A stretch of 59,994 nucleotides of DNA from a virus (IMGVR_UViG_3300037459_000208:1-59994), one strand, 5' to 3'; positions 27,501 to 37,556 are shown, counted from the first letter of the stretch. A program made the numbers and translations. The notes: a model not told the origin generated them from the sequence alone.

Positions 27501-30500
27501 TCATGTCTTTTTCGACGTCCGTCATGGAGTCGTGGAACGAATCCGCGCCCTCAACTACCGATTCCATACCCTCGGCGACACGGTTGGCGGCGTCGTCTGC
27601 GAGCTCTCCGGTTCCGGTCAGGGTTTCATGTAGGCCAGATCCTGGCGTCCCGATGGCTTCACCGAGAGCGGTGACCCCAAGACTTCCTGATTCGCCGGAT
27701 CTACCAAGAGCGATGATGTCATCCGAAAGGCCGGTTATGGAAGAACCGGCCTCATCGCCACCCTGAATGATTCCACCGCCACCGCCACCGCCGATGCCAC
27801 CGCCCGCGGGACCAGGAACCCCGCCGAGGGGAAGCTCACCGATTTTAGTTCTCTGTTCCTGATCATCGGCTGCTTTTTGGATCGCCACGAGCTCTCTCTC
27901 TCGTGCCGCGGTTTCTAGATCCAAGGCTGCGGCAAAGGACGCTGCCTCTTCTGTCATTTTAATAAGTGCCGATATACCACTGTTAAACCCCGGTATAAAT
28001 TGCCCAAGGCCTTGTTCTATGTTCGCCCTGATCGCCTCTAATTCTTCGTTTCTAAGAATGATCAGCTTCTCAAACGCCGGACCGAATCCTGAACCAACGT
28101 CCAACATTTCTCCCAGCTTTTCACGCATGATGGAAAATTGAATGCCGAGATCTTCTACTAGTCTCGCCGCGTCCGCCATCCCGGCCTGATCTATCAATCG
28201 TGCGAAGTTTAGATTCTCACGAAGCTCGTCAAGATCGACGTTCTGCGTAGCGCGACTCAATACCGCTGCCACGGTGTCCCCGATTCCTCCGAAAGTTCCA
28301 CTCTTTACTTGCTTGGCGAGAACTGCCGCGATAGCTTCATCAGCGGTGTCGAAAATACCGATAAGTACGCCGGCGACGGAGGCTTCTACGGCCTTACCGT
28401 CGTTTCTTATTCGCAGCTCAATCATCGGCAATTCTTGAATAAATCCACCAGCGGCTATCCTGATTGAATCAAGGCCATCCGCCAGGCTTTTTAGTATTTT
28501 TTGCGCCTGTAGGTTCTCGGAAGCATTCTGGACCTCCGTGGTCGTCAGAAAGCCACGTTCGTTGAACCGTCCCTGGGGACCAACTGCGAAACCAACGCTG
28601 CCCGAGAATCTTTTAAGTTCCCTTTCGGATATTATGTTTTTCACAGCCGAGAAGAGAGCGACGAAGGCACCAATGACCGGCAAAGCGGTGGCCAGGACCG
28701 CTCCGGCTTGCGCTCCTTGGCCCCCGCCACCCCTACCGGCGGCTCCGATTGAACCGAGTGCGCCTATTGCAGCCCCGGCCCCGTCTCGTCCGTCCGCCCG
28801 ACCTGCGCCCGGTCGACCTCCGACTCCGGATGTAAAACCTCCAAGGACCTGAACGAAATCAAGTGCCTTGTCGATCAAATCGCCGATGTCGGAATCTATC
28901 TTCCCGATAAGATCAGCTATCCCCGCGGCAGCGGACTTGACTTGTTCGGTCTTCTCGATCGCTTCCTGGGCAATTATCTTCATCGACCCGAACGTCGACC
29001 CACCGGTTATCGGATTACCCTGAGGATCCAACCGTTGGAGACCGGGCTGAAAGCCACCAGGGAGAAAAGACGGAGAGATTGCCGAAGCAGGAATGACGGA
29101 ACGCAGCTTGAGTTGACCGCTGGCGACGTCAACCAGAGCCTTCGCGAGAGCCTTGGCTCGTTCTTCTTGTTCGCCGAGAAGATCCGTTAGACCGCCCGTG
29201 GCGTCGCCGGCGGCGCCGGCAATCTGAGGCGCCTCAGATTGAACGTCGAGGAGGTCTTCCTGAGAATCCTTGGCTCCGACCTGGGCTGTCGCGAGGACGA
29301 GGAATCCGGTCTCGAGCTCTCGGAGGTCACTGGCCATGGCCAAGATCGGGGCCCCCGTGCCTATGGGGGCGAATTTCGCCACGGCCTCCAGGGTGCTCGC
29401 GAGCTTTCCGAGCTGGACGCTCGCGAGGACCGCCAGGAGCTTCGGCAGGAGCGTCAGCTGCTTTATCGGCTTCGTGAGCCGGTCCGACAAAATCTTGAGA
29501 CCGACGGAGACCAGAGTTGTGATACCGGGTATTTCCTTCAACCCTTCGCCGAAGTCGCGCCAGGCTCCGATGAGGTCGGCGGTGTCCCTCAGGAGTTCGG
29601 ACATCGGATCGGAAAGCGGCCCGATGCCGTCGGCGAGCAGGAGCCGAAACTGATTCGTCAGACGCTGGCCGTCGGAACGAAGGGTCGAGAAGGCCGCTGC
29701 CGCCTCCTTGTTCAGGGCCGTGTTCTCTTCGGACGCCTTGCTCGAAACCCTGAGCCGATCGGCAACGCGGTCAGCGTTGACAGCCATGGGTAAAAGCGCT
29801 TTCGCCGTTCGCTTACTCGCCAGGCCAACTTTTTCGAGCCCAATAGAACTACGCTCCCCGAGCGTACCGAGACCTTTCAAAAATTGCAGCGCCGCGTCCG
29901 CGATGCTCCCCTCTGCCATGTCCCGAAGCTCGTCGGTGGTGACTCCGGCAATCAACGCCAGATCTTCGAGTCCTTCCCCGGTCTCGCGAGCCTTTAGGAG
30001 AGCTCCGAAAAGATCGAACAGGGCGGAGCCGACCCCCTCGGCCTTGGCTCCCATTTCCGCAAGGGCTGCTGCGAATCCTAATGTAGCCGATGCGCCGAGG
30101 TTGAAGTTTGCCGTTGACCGGGCGATCTCGTTTGCAATCGGCAAAATCTCTGCTTCCGTCGCTTTAGACGTATTCCCGAGCTTGGTCAAAGCCGCGCCAG
30201 CGTTGTCGATCTCGTCAATGGATTCTCGATTGATCGCCAGGATGCGCGCCAATCCCTTGATGGCGACATCACCGGCAAGGTCCGTCGCGGCCGCCAACTT
30301 GGCCCCGGTCGTGGCGGCGTTGGCGAGCCCGGCCTCGGTCTCGATACCCAACTGTCCAGCGACGGCCGCGAGCTCGATCAGGTTCTCGGTCGCGATGGGA
30401 ATCGGACCCGTCGAAAGCTCTTCCAGTCGATCGACAAGACGGGCGAGACCCTTGTCCCCGAGGTCGTCTGTCACCTTGCGGAGGCTGACTACAGCGTCCT

Positions 30501-31164
30501 GGAGGTCCGCAAACGCGTCGATACTCCCGAGGGCCAGCGCCCGGACCGCCCGAAATACCGACTGGATTCCGAAGTAGGCACCTACCAGAAGGGCGGCCTT
30601 TTTGGCCAGATCAGATATGGCCAGACCGTGGCGGACAGAGGTCTTGGCGGCCGATCTCTGTGCAGCGGTGAGCTCCAGAGTCTCTTTCTGCGCCCTGTCT
30701 AGATCCCTGGCGAGGTCTGCGCCCTCTTTGCCGAGCTTGCCAAGGTCATTCCCGTACGCGCGCGCGGCGGCCCCGGCCGCGCGCGCCGAGACGTCACCCC
30801 GCTTCATCAGGATGTTTGCAGCCTCTTGCTTTTTGGCCAAGAGGGCGAGCTTGTCGGCGGCGGACTTCGTGTCCCTCTTGTTACCGCGAAGCCCTTTGCC
30901 CCATTGCTCCGAAGCTTTTCTTATGGCCTTGAGCTCCTCGACGACACGGTCAAGGGACGTCTCAAATTTTTTTGTCACAACCTCGGAGGAACGAATCTCG
31001 TCAAGGATCCCCGACAGGCTATTCCTCGACTGCCGTCCGACCATGTCGTAAGCCTTCCCGACCTTTATAACGTCCGCATGCCACTTCTTCGCAGCCCTGA
31101 CGCGGGCTTGCTCTTCACGGGCAACCTGCGAGGTGTCGATTTCCAGAGGGATAACGGCAGGCAT
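24595..31164 (-). CDS. Tail tape measure protein (TP901-like core)
   Basis: 2189 aa, Ala-rich helical; LAAVAGQLGI...LTKLGN..KATEAEI core; C-terminal FHSGG...ALLRRDERVL; follows the chaperone genes. Confidence 0.95.
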   Translation of the reverse strand: MPAVIPLEIDTSQVAREEQARVRAAKKWHADVIKVGKAYDMVGRQSRNSLSGILDEIRSSEVVTKKFETSLDRVVEELKAIRKASEQWGKGLRGNKRDTKSAADKLALLAKKQEAANILMKRGDVSARAAGAAARAYGNDLGKLGKEGADLARDLDRAQKETLELTAAQRSAAKTSVRHGLAISDLAKKAALLVGAYFGIQSVFRAVRALALGSIDAFADLQDAVVSLRKVTDDLGDKGLARLVDRLEELSTGPIPIATENLIELAAVAGQLGIETEAGLANAATTGAKLAAATDLAGDVAIKGLARILAINRESIDEIDNAGAALTKLGNTSKATEAEILPIANEIARSTANFNLGASATLGFAAALAEMGAKAEGVGSALFDLFGALLKARETGEGLEDLALIAGVTTDELRDMAEGSIADAALQFLKGLGTLGERSSIGLEKVGLASKRTAKALLPMAVNADRVADRLRVSSKASEENTALNKEAAAAFSTLRSDGQRLTNQFRLLLADGIGPLSDPMSELLRDTADLIGAWRDFGEGLKEIPGITTLVSVGLKILSDRLTKPIKQLTLLPKLLAVLASVQLGKLASTLEAVAKFAPIGTGAPILAMASDLRELETGFLVLATAQVGAKDSQEDLLDVQSEAPQIAGAAGDATGGLTDLLGEQEERAKALAKALVDVASGQLKLRSVIPASAISPSFLPGGFQPGLQRLDPQGNPITGGSTFGSMKIIAQEAIEKTEQVKSAAAGIADLIGKIDSDIGDLIDKALDFVQVLGGFTSGVGGRPGAGRADGRDGAGAAIGALGSIGAAGRGGGGQGAQAGAVLATALPVIGAFVALFSAVKNIISERELKRFSGSVGFAVGPQGRFNERGFLTTTEVQNASENLQAQKILKSLADGLDSIRIAAGGFIQELPMIELRIRNDGKAVEASVAGVLIGIFDTADEAIAAVLAKQVKSGTFGGIGDTVAAVLSRATQNVDLDELRENLNFARLIDQAGMADAARLVEDLGIQFSIMREKLGEMLDVGSGFGPAFEKLIILRNEELEAIRANIEQGLGQFIPGFNSGISALIKMTEEAASFAAALDLETAARERELVAIQKAADDQEQRTKIGELPLGGVPGPAGGGIGGGGGGGIIQGGDEAGSSITGLSDDIIALGRSGESGSLGVTALGEAIGTPGSGLHETLTGTGELADDAANRVAEGMESVVEGADSFHDSMTDVEKDMILVAAALEDIPAAIDPALIEAAAKGAASGLGKSLISLTQEVLGAQVGAAELQKFAALDAQLALFQQIQAARELLAVEGLLVGATRALFEAVVADADKALAKLLAGGGLAGQRGGGRGRRQEARREAEAAAESFAEAMLGFRQELSATSAEQQAWNDRVEEFRDLAAEAGIGTQGVAEGLRLMADVDLLALGDAWETTAAQFRASDLEGAVRDIGQRRTAAIEDVKIREDLSPDAAREAKKNIRETTRREFEALGKAALKGLGGALSKLNETGKETVKTINFLVKNADKLGLSLGQIGRTVRDQVLGPLLALARSEAERVGDTAEAARIAARQGKIAIALKTAELILARQMLEAAGALSRSLGRLIDDTIARLSRPTATDPTRGPGTVPGGRTGTRSARSSASDLSAARRDIEGILEGFRRARLGPTASSAATLAQQLKDVSDKASRAGFDLSKVSDAFAVARAEFVKTALDAIGPAEALNASAAALDDVEERFVDVVAGLMIVGAGADALADAGDRLVLASDAIEENLKVGIRQEIEALRNLTAPSNKVVFDEAQARFEELAATALDESLTNAQRAEALEALADASQAFRTETIERFGAGPGTQPILDAILATLEQVEAADILVTTDRQILEAQAASLAEIELTTAAQPTAASSAASFSSLETSIATLGGGIIDADLLATLMENLNGTQLQVEATISDLVDVLGADIFADVVEAIGALPFADLVNSLDAAGLDFGGFVDQLSGIDLSDLDFGEIVAALGPAGPIVQQLGAENFAEIVAALQPIIAGTAGTEAALTNENSAMIDKLRTMKDALRVGGSIQAKMTKGLDFTGRNTGPGSVQGELRTMSSILSGLQTFHSGGIARSTGLALLRRDERVLSPADTVSFDAGQFLAPVAPAGGDSSDLVSEVRSLKAQVAEMARMIKSQGATRVDIANMEADQADAALRVARMNLGANQETAEHTEGEGDEAR

Positions 31165-31622
31165 TATCTATTATTCCTGCTTTTCTCAATCGCAGAAGAA
31201 AGACCGGCGGCCGCCGACCTGAAAATCGAAAGCAATAGGTCTTTACTCTCGACGCTGTAGACTTTCATCATCGGACAAGCGGCGATGAAGTGGCTTGTCA
31301 TAGGGACACCTCTGTCACCAAGCATGCCGATGCCGTATTCGGAAAATGCCTTGAGGAAGAATTCGGCCTCCGGGTGTTCTGGCAAGTCTTCACCGTCTTC
31401 CTCCTCTTTAGGCTTCGGGAAGTAGGTTTTCTCACCGGTCAGCGAAATCCAGAACTTCCCGTTTTCGTCTTCCTCGGCATCATCCTCGGCCTGTGCTTGC
31501 TTTCGGGCTACGCTTCGCTCTGAGGCGCTTCCTCCAGCTCCCCGGAATTCCCGTTCAGCCCGATCGTAAATAGAACGTCCGACCCCTTGTGTTTCCGGAC
31601 GTGGTCCAGGAAGGGCAAAAAA
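31164..31622 (-). CDS. Tail assembly chaperone, -1 frameshift extension (gpT-like)
   Basis: The -1 frame is open from slippery T TTT TTG (31622-31616) to TAA 31164, which overlaps the TMP start. Confidence 0.7.
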   Translation of the reverse strand, partial: FFALPGPRPETQGVGRSIYDRAEREFRGAGGSASERSVARKQAQAEDDAEEDENGKFWISLTGEKTYFPKPKEEEDGEDLPEHPEAEFFLKAFSEYGIGMLGDRGVPMTSHFIAACPMMKVYSVESKDLLLSIFRSAAAGLSSAIEKSRNNR

Positions 31623-32179
31623 TGTTGGACGCTGTCCTCCAATGATTCACTGCAAGCTATGCACATTTCGAGCATGAAATCGTTGATCGTATCCGGATCG
31701 TACTCTGGAAGGTTGGTTTGACTTTCGAATACTCTCCACTTCTTGAATATCCGCTGGCGAAAAAACGTGCGCACCTCCATCGCCGGAAGGCCCGTTAAGT
31801 CGGTACCGTAGAAAGATCCTTCCCACCCCATGATCTGGTGGATTATCCTCTCCATCCTGACCTGTTTTTCCCCCGCGTTTGGCAGGCTGTCAAGATCACC
31901 GTCACGGAGATGGCCTTCCCATTTCTTTCCGCCGTGCTTCGTCATCAGCTCGCTGATTAGCTTCTCAGTGCCTTTGTTGACGAAATCATGGTTCTTAGGA
32001 CGGAGGATGGCAAAGTGGTTTGGAAACCTCAACTCAGGGTGCTTTCCGCGACACGAGATTCGGGTTCCTCGGTTCCTAAACTTACGGACCTCGGTCTCCT
32101 CGGCCTCGCTCAATTCCTCGCGCATCACTGAAGCGAGGATCTCGACGCCATCGGCTTGGTGTGTTTCGGTTGTGGGCAT
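31508..32179 (-). CDS. Tail assembly chaperone (gpG-like)
   Basis: Position between tail tube and TMP; contains the slippery heptamer. Confidence 0.75.
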   Translation of the reverse strand: MPTTETHQADGVEILASVMREELSEAEETEVRKFRNRGTRISCRGKHPELRFPNHFAILRPKNHDFVNKGTEKLISELMTKHGGKKWEGHLRDGDLDSLPNAGEKQVRMERIIHQIMGWEGSFYGTDLTGLPAMEVRTFFRQRIFKKWRVFESQTNLPEYDPDTINDFMLEMCIACSESLEDSVQHFLPFLDHVRKHKGSDVLFTIGLNGNSGELEEAPQSEA

Positions 32180-32189
32180 CGGTAATCCT

Positions 32190-33878
32190 TTACGATCCAG
32201 CCATGAAGGACCATGAACCCTCGGGGATTTCGATGTTCCCGGGAGCGTTGCTCACATGCGCCTTCATATCCATTTCAATGGTAGCCTCGAGCATACCGTC
32301 GCCTTCGCCACCGGGCCACGAGAAAGCCTTGATTTGAGCCGCCGCGAAATGCCACCATACCTGGTCTGGAATCGTTTGGCCGTCGTGCAGAGCGAAGGTC
32401 CAAATTAAATCAAAACGGACCTTCTGCGTGAATTCCTTGATCCCCAGTTTCGTGAGAGCCGCGGGACGATCGGAGAAGGCGTCTTCTTTGAGCCCCAACG
32501 GAAGGGAAGCGGAAAACCTCATCGTTCCGGGAATCGTGTCTTTCGGCTCAGTCTCAAGATCGCTGTCCTGTCTTGAGTTGTTGGAAGCGAGGGAGATCGT
32601 AAGACCGGTCGCTCCGCCAAGTCCTTCCGAGGTGACAGAGAAGTGGATCGCCTTCTTGCTCTCCAACGGCTGTGTCCCATGCGGGACGATCCCGATCGTG
32701 TGAAGCCCTCCCGGGTTTCCGTCACCGGTTCCGGTCGACTTCCCTACGGGGGCCATGAAGGCCGGAGTGAACGGCGGAGTTGCGCCATGAAAGGTCACTG
32801 CGTTGGTGTCAGTAAAGTCCCCACCGGCGAGGACAGCCGGAGCAAACGTGGCCGTTAGCGCTCCGGCGGTCGCCGGGCCAGCCGCTTCGAAGGTGTAGAC
32901 ACCTTCGGAACCCACGACGGAGAACTGATCACCCGCGGAAACGGATCCGGTTGAGGATCCGCCCGCCATCGTGATGGAAGTGGCGCCGGCCGCGACCGCC
33001 CCGTCGACGGTGACCGAGCCGTTGTCGTAGTCGCCCCCGGCCGGAGCCTGGGATTGGTCGAGCTGGCTGTTGAACGTGCATCCGCCGCCGTTCCACGGCC
33101 CCGAGTAGGCAATGTTCGAATCCGGAGTAACAGCGATTTCGAGGTCCCCGGGGACGCAACTGTTTGCGGCATGATGACGCTTCATGTCGAAGTTTCCCAT
33201 CCGCTGGTAGAATGAGAAGCACGCCAGAGGGGCGCTGCCCGCCGTCGCGTAGTTGCCGATCTGGACGGTCAACGTGGCCGTCTCCGCGGTCATCGGGGTC
33301 CCGTAGAATATCTTCGGGGTTCCCGCCGGAGCTGGGCCTTCCGTGTAACCGGGGACGATTTCGAGGACGTCGTCCGCTGCCGGATGGAGGAAGGCTTGAA
33401 CGACCACGTTCCGGTTGTTCTCGGGAAGGGCCGAACCGAATATGCGAATCGGGACATCCGCCTGCGTCAGGAAAGCGGCGAAGCTCGTCCCCGTGATCGT
33501 GATGGTAACCCCGATCTCGCCGGTTGACAGGGTCACGCCGGTCGCGACCGTGAAGGATCCAGTCACCGAAAGGAGCGCGGGAGGAACCGTTACACCGGTC
33601 CTCAGACAGGACAAAAGAAACCACGCACCCTGCTCGGTCCCTTCGTCCGTACCGGACTCTTGGAGGTTTGTGCCGTCCGACATGTTTTTGTTGGTCTCAA
33701 GGCTCTGGACGTGCCCTTGGTTGACGTCCTTCCCCTCGATGTTCGTTCCACTCCCCGCGATGGTGAACGCGCCGGTTCTCATCAGCCGAGCCAGGACGCC
33801 GGTCACCAGATCTGGACCCACCTGGGGGTTCCAGTATGTATCAGTGTGAATCTGTGATGCGAGTCCGCCTTCAGACAT
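32190..33878 (-). CDS. Major tail (tube) protein with inserted beta domains
   Basis: Position before the chaperones; Gly/Thr-rich 562 aa. Confidence 0.7.
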   Translation of the reverse strand: MSEGGLASQIHTDTYWNPQVGPDLVTGVLARLMRTGAFTIAGSGTNIEGKDVNQGHVQSLETNKNMSDGTNLQESGTDEGTEQGAWFLLSCLRTGVTVPPALLSVTGSFTVATGVTLSTGEIGVTITITGTSFAAFLTQADVPIRIFGSALPENNRNVVVQAFLHPAADDVLEIVPGYTEGPAPAGTPKIFYGTPMTAETATLTVQIGNYATAGSAPLACFSFYQRMGNFDMKRHHAANSCVPGDLEIAVTPDSNIAYSGPWNGGGCTFNSQLDQSQAPAGGDYDNGSVTVDGAVAAGATSITMAGGSSTGSVSAGDQFSVVGSEGVYTFEAAGPATAGALTATFAPAVLAGGDFTDTNAVTFHGATPPFTPAFMAPVGKSTGTGDGNPGGLHTIGIVPHGTQPLESKKAIHFSVTSEGLGGATGLTISLASNNSRQDSDLETEPKDTIPGTMRFSASLPLGLKEDAFSDRPAALTKLGIKEFTQKVRFDLIWTFALHDGQTIPDQVWWHFAAAQIKAFSWPGGEGDGMLEATIEMDMKAHVSNAPGNIEIPEGSWSFMAGS

Positions 33879-34132
33879 TACGATTCTCCTCTGCGGCCTG
33901 ACTTGGCCTTTCGTGGTTTCTGGTCACCCTCTTCGATGATCTCCAGGGCTTCTTCGGAGGGGAAAAGACTCCCGGACGGCGCGTGCGCCGCGAGTGGTTG
34001 TACGGTTTCCGCGGCCTCGTTTGCATGCGACCAGGTCAGCACCTCGGCGTAAGAATCCGCCTCGAACGCGGGTTTCCTGTCACCCGGCTGGCGCAGTGCG
34101 ACGAACTTTCCGTTTCGTTGAGTTTGAATCAT
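33878..34132 (-). CDS. Hypothetical protein in tail module
   Basis: TAATG coupling. Confidence 0.65.
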   Translation of the reverse strand: MIQTQRNGKFVALRQPGDRKPAFEADSYAEVLTWSHANEAAETVQPLAAHAPSGSLFPSEEALEIIEEGDQKPRKAKSGRRGES

Positions 34133-34140
34133 TGATCCAC

Positions 34141-34815
34141 CTAGTTGATCGTCTGGTTTCCGGTCCGCAACTCGTTTCTGCGGAGAGGTATTTGCTGCAA
34201 AATGACGTCGTAGGCACCCAATTCGCCCTGGGGCACAGGGCTGCTCATGTCGTCAATCTGTTGGATCTGAAAAATTGGATTGAAGCCCGTGAAATGTGGG
34301 GCGAAGTCCTCCGCGGGGATGACGACCCCCTGCCACAGCTGGCGGTAGGCGCCCGTGTACGCGCCTCGGATCGCGGGCGCCGTCGTCTTCGGGAGATGAA
34401 ACCACGCTTCGAGCGTGATGCGCTCTTCGATCTCTCTGATGTCTCCCGGCTGGACGATGGCGGTTGGACCACCCACGATCTTGTGGAGGACGTAGCCCGC
34501 ACCGGCTACGCCTGGCGATCCGATGAGGTCACGGGGCGAGAAGGGGCAAACGCCACCGACCCGCGGGTGCGCTCCCTGGATCGACGCGAGGCTCGCTGGT
34601 TGCTCGCTTCCCATCTCCCAGAACGGGCAGACAGGATCGTGGCCTCCGGAGGTCGGGGGGATCGACTGGGGGACGTCGAGGCCCGCGAGGACCAGCCGGC
34701 GCCACCTGACGGCGGGAACGTTGTAGACCTCGACGCGGGTTGCTTCGTCAACGCTCACCGTGCTATACCTTTTCTCGCTGGGCGGCCGGAAGGATCTGAC
34801 CGACCCTGAAACCAC
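34141..34815 (-). CDS. Putative tail terminator/completion protein (start uncertain)
   Basis: Synteny only. Confidence 0.5.
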   Translation of the reverse strand: MVSGSVRSFRPPSEKRYSTVSVDEATRVEVYNVPAVRWRRLVLAGLDVPQSIPPTSGGHDPVCPFWEMGSEQPASLASIQGAHPRVGGVCPFSPRDLIGSPGVAGAGYVLHKIVGGPTAIVQPGDIREIEERITLEAWFHLPKTTAPAIRGAYTGAYRQLWQGVVIPAEDFAPHFTGFNPIFQIQQIDDMSSPVPQGELGAYDVILQQIPLRRNELRTGNQTIN

Positions 34816-34903
34816 GGTCGAACGGCTGCTTCCCTACCTGGTCTATGGGTGGTGGCATCGACCATCCGGTCGCCTGGCAACAATTGGGTGCGTTCCGAGT
34901 GTC

Positions 34904-35275
34904 TCACGTCGAGATCACCCCCGCAGAGTTGATCGCCGCTGCGACCTGCTCGAACGTCTGATCGGTCGGGAGCCACAGCGACTGGACGACCAGCGACGTC
35001 GTCGACACGGACCGGCCCGGGACGAAGTCGGCCGCCACCAGGCGCGCTGCGTCGTTCGACGGGACCGGATAGTGCCGGAGTCCCGCGGGAGGCCGACTCG
35101 AGCCACCGTGCCGACCCTCTGCCCAGTTGACGACAACGCTGGCCCGGAGCTCCCCGGTGTCGAGCCGGGTAATCGAGATGATCATCCCGTTGGCCATCAC
35201 CAGGACGGCGAAGAGCCCTGCCCTGTACGCCTTGAGTCTGGCCGCAGCGTAGTCGCGCAGGAACGTGTCAGGCAT
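34904..35275 (-). CDS. HK97 gp10-like neck protein
   Basis: TRLDTGELRAS motif and position. Confidence 0.6.
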   Translation of the reverse strand: MPDTFLRDYAAARLKAYRAGLFAVLVMANGMIISITRLDTGELRASVVVNWAEGRHGGSSRPPAGLRHYPVPSNDAARLVAADFVPGRSVSTTSLVVQSLWLPTDQTFEQVAAAINSAGVIST

Positions 35276-35672
35276 TGGGCGGCGCTCCGTGCTGGATCCT
35301 GATCACCGACAAGATGCCCATCGCGCCGGGCGACAATTCCGACGACGTTCCGAGGATGACGGACGGCAGGGAGTCCGCGGGAACGGATCCGTCCCGGTTC
35401 GTCTCCTCGATCACAATCGACTTGTCCGGAGGGGAGCCCAGCCGAGCCCTGATGTCGGTGGGCGCCAGGAGGGTTCTTTCCTCTCCGCCGCCCTCGGTCT
35501 CAAGGATCGCCAGAGCTGCCCGGTAACGAATCGAAACCCCCGCAGGCGGCAAGGGATCCGCCCCCAGGGAGTCGACGACCGGAAGCACCACGGTCGCCTT
35601 GTAGAAGCGAAGAGCGTCTTGACGCGAGAGCAACCTCGTCGCCCTTCGCCGCCTGATCGCCACGGAGCTCAT
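35268..35672 (-). CDS. Putative head-closure protein
   Basis: Synteny; beta-rich 134 aa. Confidence 0.5.
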   Translation of the reverse strand: MSSVAIRRRRATRLLSRQDALRFYKATVVLPVVDSLGADPLPPAGVSIRYRAALAILETEGGGEERTLLAPTDIRARLGSPPDKSIVIEETNRDGSVPADSLPSVILGTSSELSPGAMGILSVIRIQHGAPPNA

Positions 35673-35787
35673 TGGAAATCGCCCCTTCGCGATGAGCGGT
35701 GAACACCGCCATCAACCTCTACACACGGCGAGGTAGGCTTGAAGGATAAGGGCCGAGTGAGTCCCGGCGACTTCCGCGCATACCTTA

Positions 35788-36726
35788 TCAACCGGCACCC
35801 CCGAACGGGAACGATTCCACCAAGAGAGAAAAAATCTTTTGGCGCGATTGGAAGAAGTCCGCTGACGACCCGTCCGCGCCCCAGCGCTCCCGGTATTGCG
35901 CGCCACCGGCGTCAAGTTGTACCTCGACGAGCCCCGCGTCCTCCGCCGGCTCGTCCGCGTCCTCGCCGAGTAGGAGCGCCTCGGCGATCTCGTCGGCGTA
36001 AAGCAGGATCGCGTCCTCCCAGCTGTCGAGCCAGTCCACGATGATGGGACCGATCGCCGAGTAGGCGTTGAGACGCGGCCAGAGCAGGGTCTGCGTCGCG
36101 GGGTCGAATAGCGAGCTACCCCGCGGCTGGCAAAGCCTGACGACCTCCTGCTCCAGCCTGGCGGTTGCCTTGATCAGGGTCGGACCCTTCTGTGCCTCGG
36201 GGAGCGCCGACAACGAGACGTTGTTGGGATACGCCAGGGCCAGCCGCGCTTCGGCGTCTGAGATCGACGTGTAGACATTCGCGCCGAGGACGGGCGCGAC
36301 CTTCGACTGAACGATGAACGCGGTGCCCTCGAAGAAGGCGGCCTTGAGGTCGATCGACACGCCGACCGGAGCGACGAGCTCGAACTGTGCGAATTGCGAA
36401 AGCTGTCCGGGGGAGACTTCCTCGGGGGAAACATTGGTGAAAGCGTAGGTGAGAATCTGCACCCCGGTCGCCGTGACGGTCACGTCCGGAGACCATCGAA
36501 ACTCAGAGGTCAGCATGGTCGGAATCGTCGGACCCTTGAGCATGCGAACCTCACCCGGCGAACCGGTGTGGGCGTATGACGTGATGTCGAGCTCGATCCG
36601 GCCACTGATGAACGGCACCGGACTACCGAAGTTGAGAGGAGGGACCTCCACCCCGCCAACGCTACCCTTTTGGGTCGCGGTGACCGGGATCGCTTCGTCA
36701 TGGAGGACGGTGACGTTCTCGGTCAT
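35788..36726 (-). CDS. Head-tail adaptor (DnaT-like C-terminal domain) with N-terminal extension
   Basis: ANVYTSISDAEA...LIKATARLE...QTLLWPR. Confidence 0.7.
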   Translation of the reverse strand: MTENVTVLHDEAIPVTATQKGSVGGVEVPPLNFGSPVPFISGRIELDITSYAHTGSPGEVRMLKGPTIPTMLTSEFRWSPDVTVTATGVQILTYAFTNVSPEEVSPGQLSQFAQFELVAPVGVSIDLKAAFFEGTAFIVQSKVAPVLGANVYTSISDAEARLALAYPNNVSLSALPEAQKGPTLIKATARLEQEVVRLCQPRGSSLFDPATQTLLWPRLNAYSAIGPIIVDWLDSWEDAILLYADEIAEALLLGEDADEPAEDAGLVEVQLDAGGAQYRERWGADGSSADFFQSRQKIFSLLVESFPFGGAG

Positions 36727-37556
36727 TTGTACGCCCTCACTGCCGCCGTTGCGTTCTCAAAAAGCTTGGGATCGAGGGTTGCTACGCCCTTTCCATCGAT
36801 CGTCGCGCATCCTTCGGTTTGGACCACCAGAGAATGCGCGAGCTGCATCACGGCGTCCGCGAAGCCGAGTAGGTCCCTAGTGAGGACCGCGGCCTCGGTG
36901 GCCGTCCATGTGATGCCGTTGTCCACAATCGCTTCCCCGACGACGCTCGGCCATACCGGTTCTGTGTTACCGGTTGTCCCGTCGATGTCCGCGAAGAAGG
37001 CCAACGGATTGGAGATGTCCGTCGGTAGGGTCCAACCCGGGAAGCTCCCCGACGATCGGGATCCTCCCTCCACCACCGTTGATTCCGGGAGCCAAGTAAA
37101 TATTTGCCCAGGCATCAGGAATCCGCCCGTGTAGGTCATTTTCCACTCAAGGTGGCTTGGGGCCCAACGCTTGTTCCCTGTCAAACGGTTTCGGCGCGCT
37201 GGACGGGACCATCCCCGGCTGCGGTAGACCCCCCACCTATTCCTCCCCGTCACCCTGGCGAGAGGCTCGTCTCCGAATTCCACCGGGTTTTCGTGAACGT
37301 CGGAAATCGTCGGAATCCCCTCAATCGGCCACCTCGCAAACGGCAGGACCTCCGTGTCTATACCGTCCGAGAGCTCCTCATAGGATTGACGCCACAAGGG
37401 GCGACCCATAAGGTCTTCGCTGCTTTCGATCAGACCAGAAACCCTGTCGGATAGGCGTTCGGCGTGGTTGGGCGCAAGCCCGGTTTCGTGAACGATGTCC
37501 ACCGGGACCAGAATCCGACGGTCGGTGGCCGGCGCTGTGGTCCGAATGTCCAGCAC
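36723..37556 (-). CDS. Head-tail connector-like protein with insertion
   Basis: VSGLIES...GRPLWRQSYEE...WPI...MTYTGGF. Confidence 0.65.
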   Translation of the reverse strand: MLDIRTTAPATDRRILVPVDIVHETGLAPNHAERLSDRVSGLIESSEDLMGRPLWRQSYEELSDGIDTEVLPFARWPIEGIPTISDVHENPVEFGDEPLARVTGRNRWGVYRSRGWSRPARRNRLTGNKRWAPSHLEWKMTYTGGFLMPGQIFTWLPESTVVEGGSRSSGSFPGWTLPTDISNPLAFFADIDGTTGNTEPVWPSVVGEAIVDNGITWTATEAAVLTRDLLGFADAVMQLAHSLVVQTEGCATIDGKGVATLDPKLFENATAAVRAYK

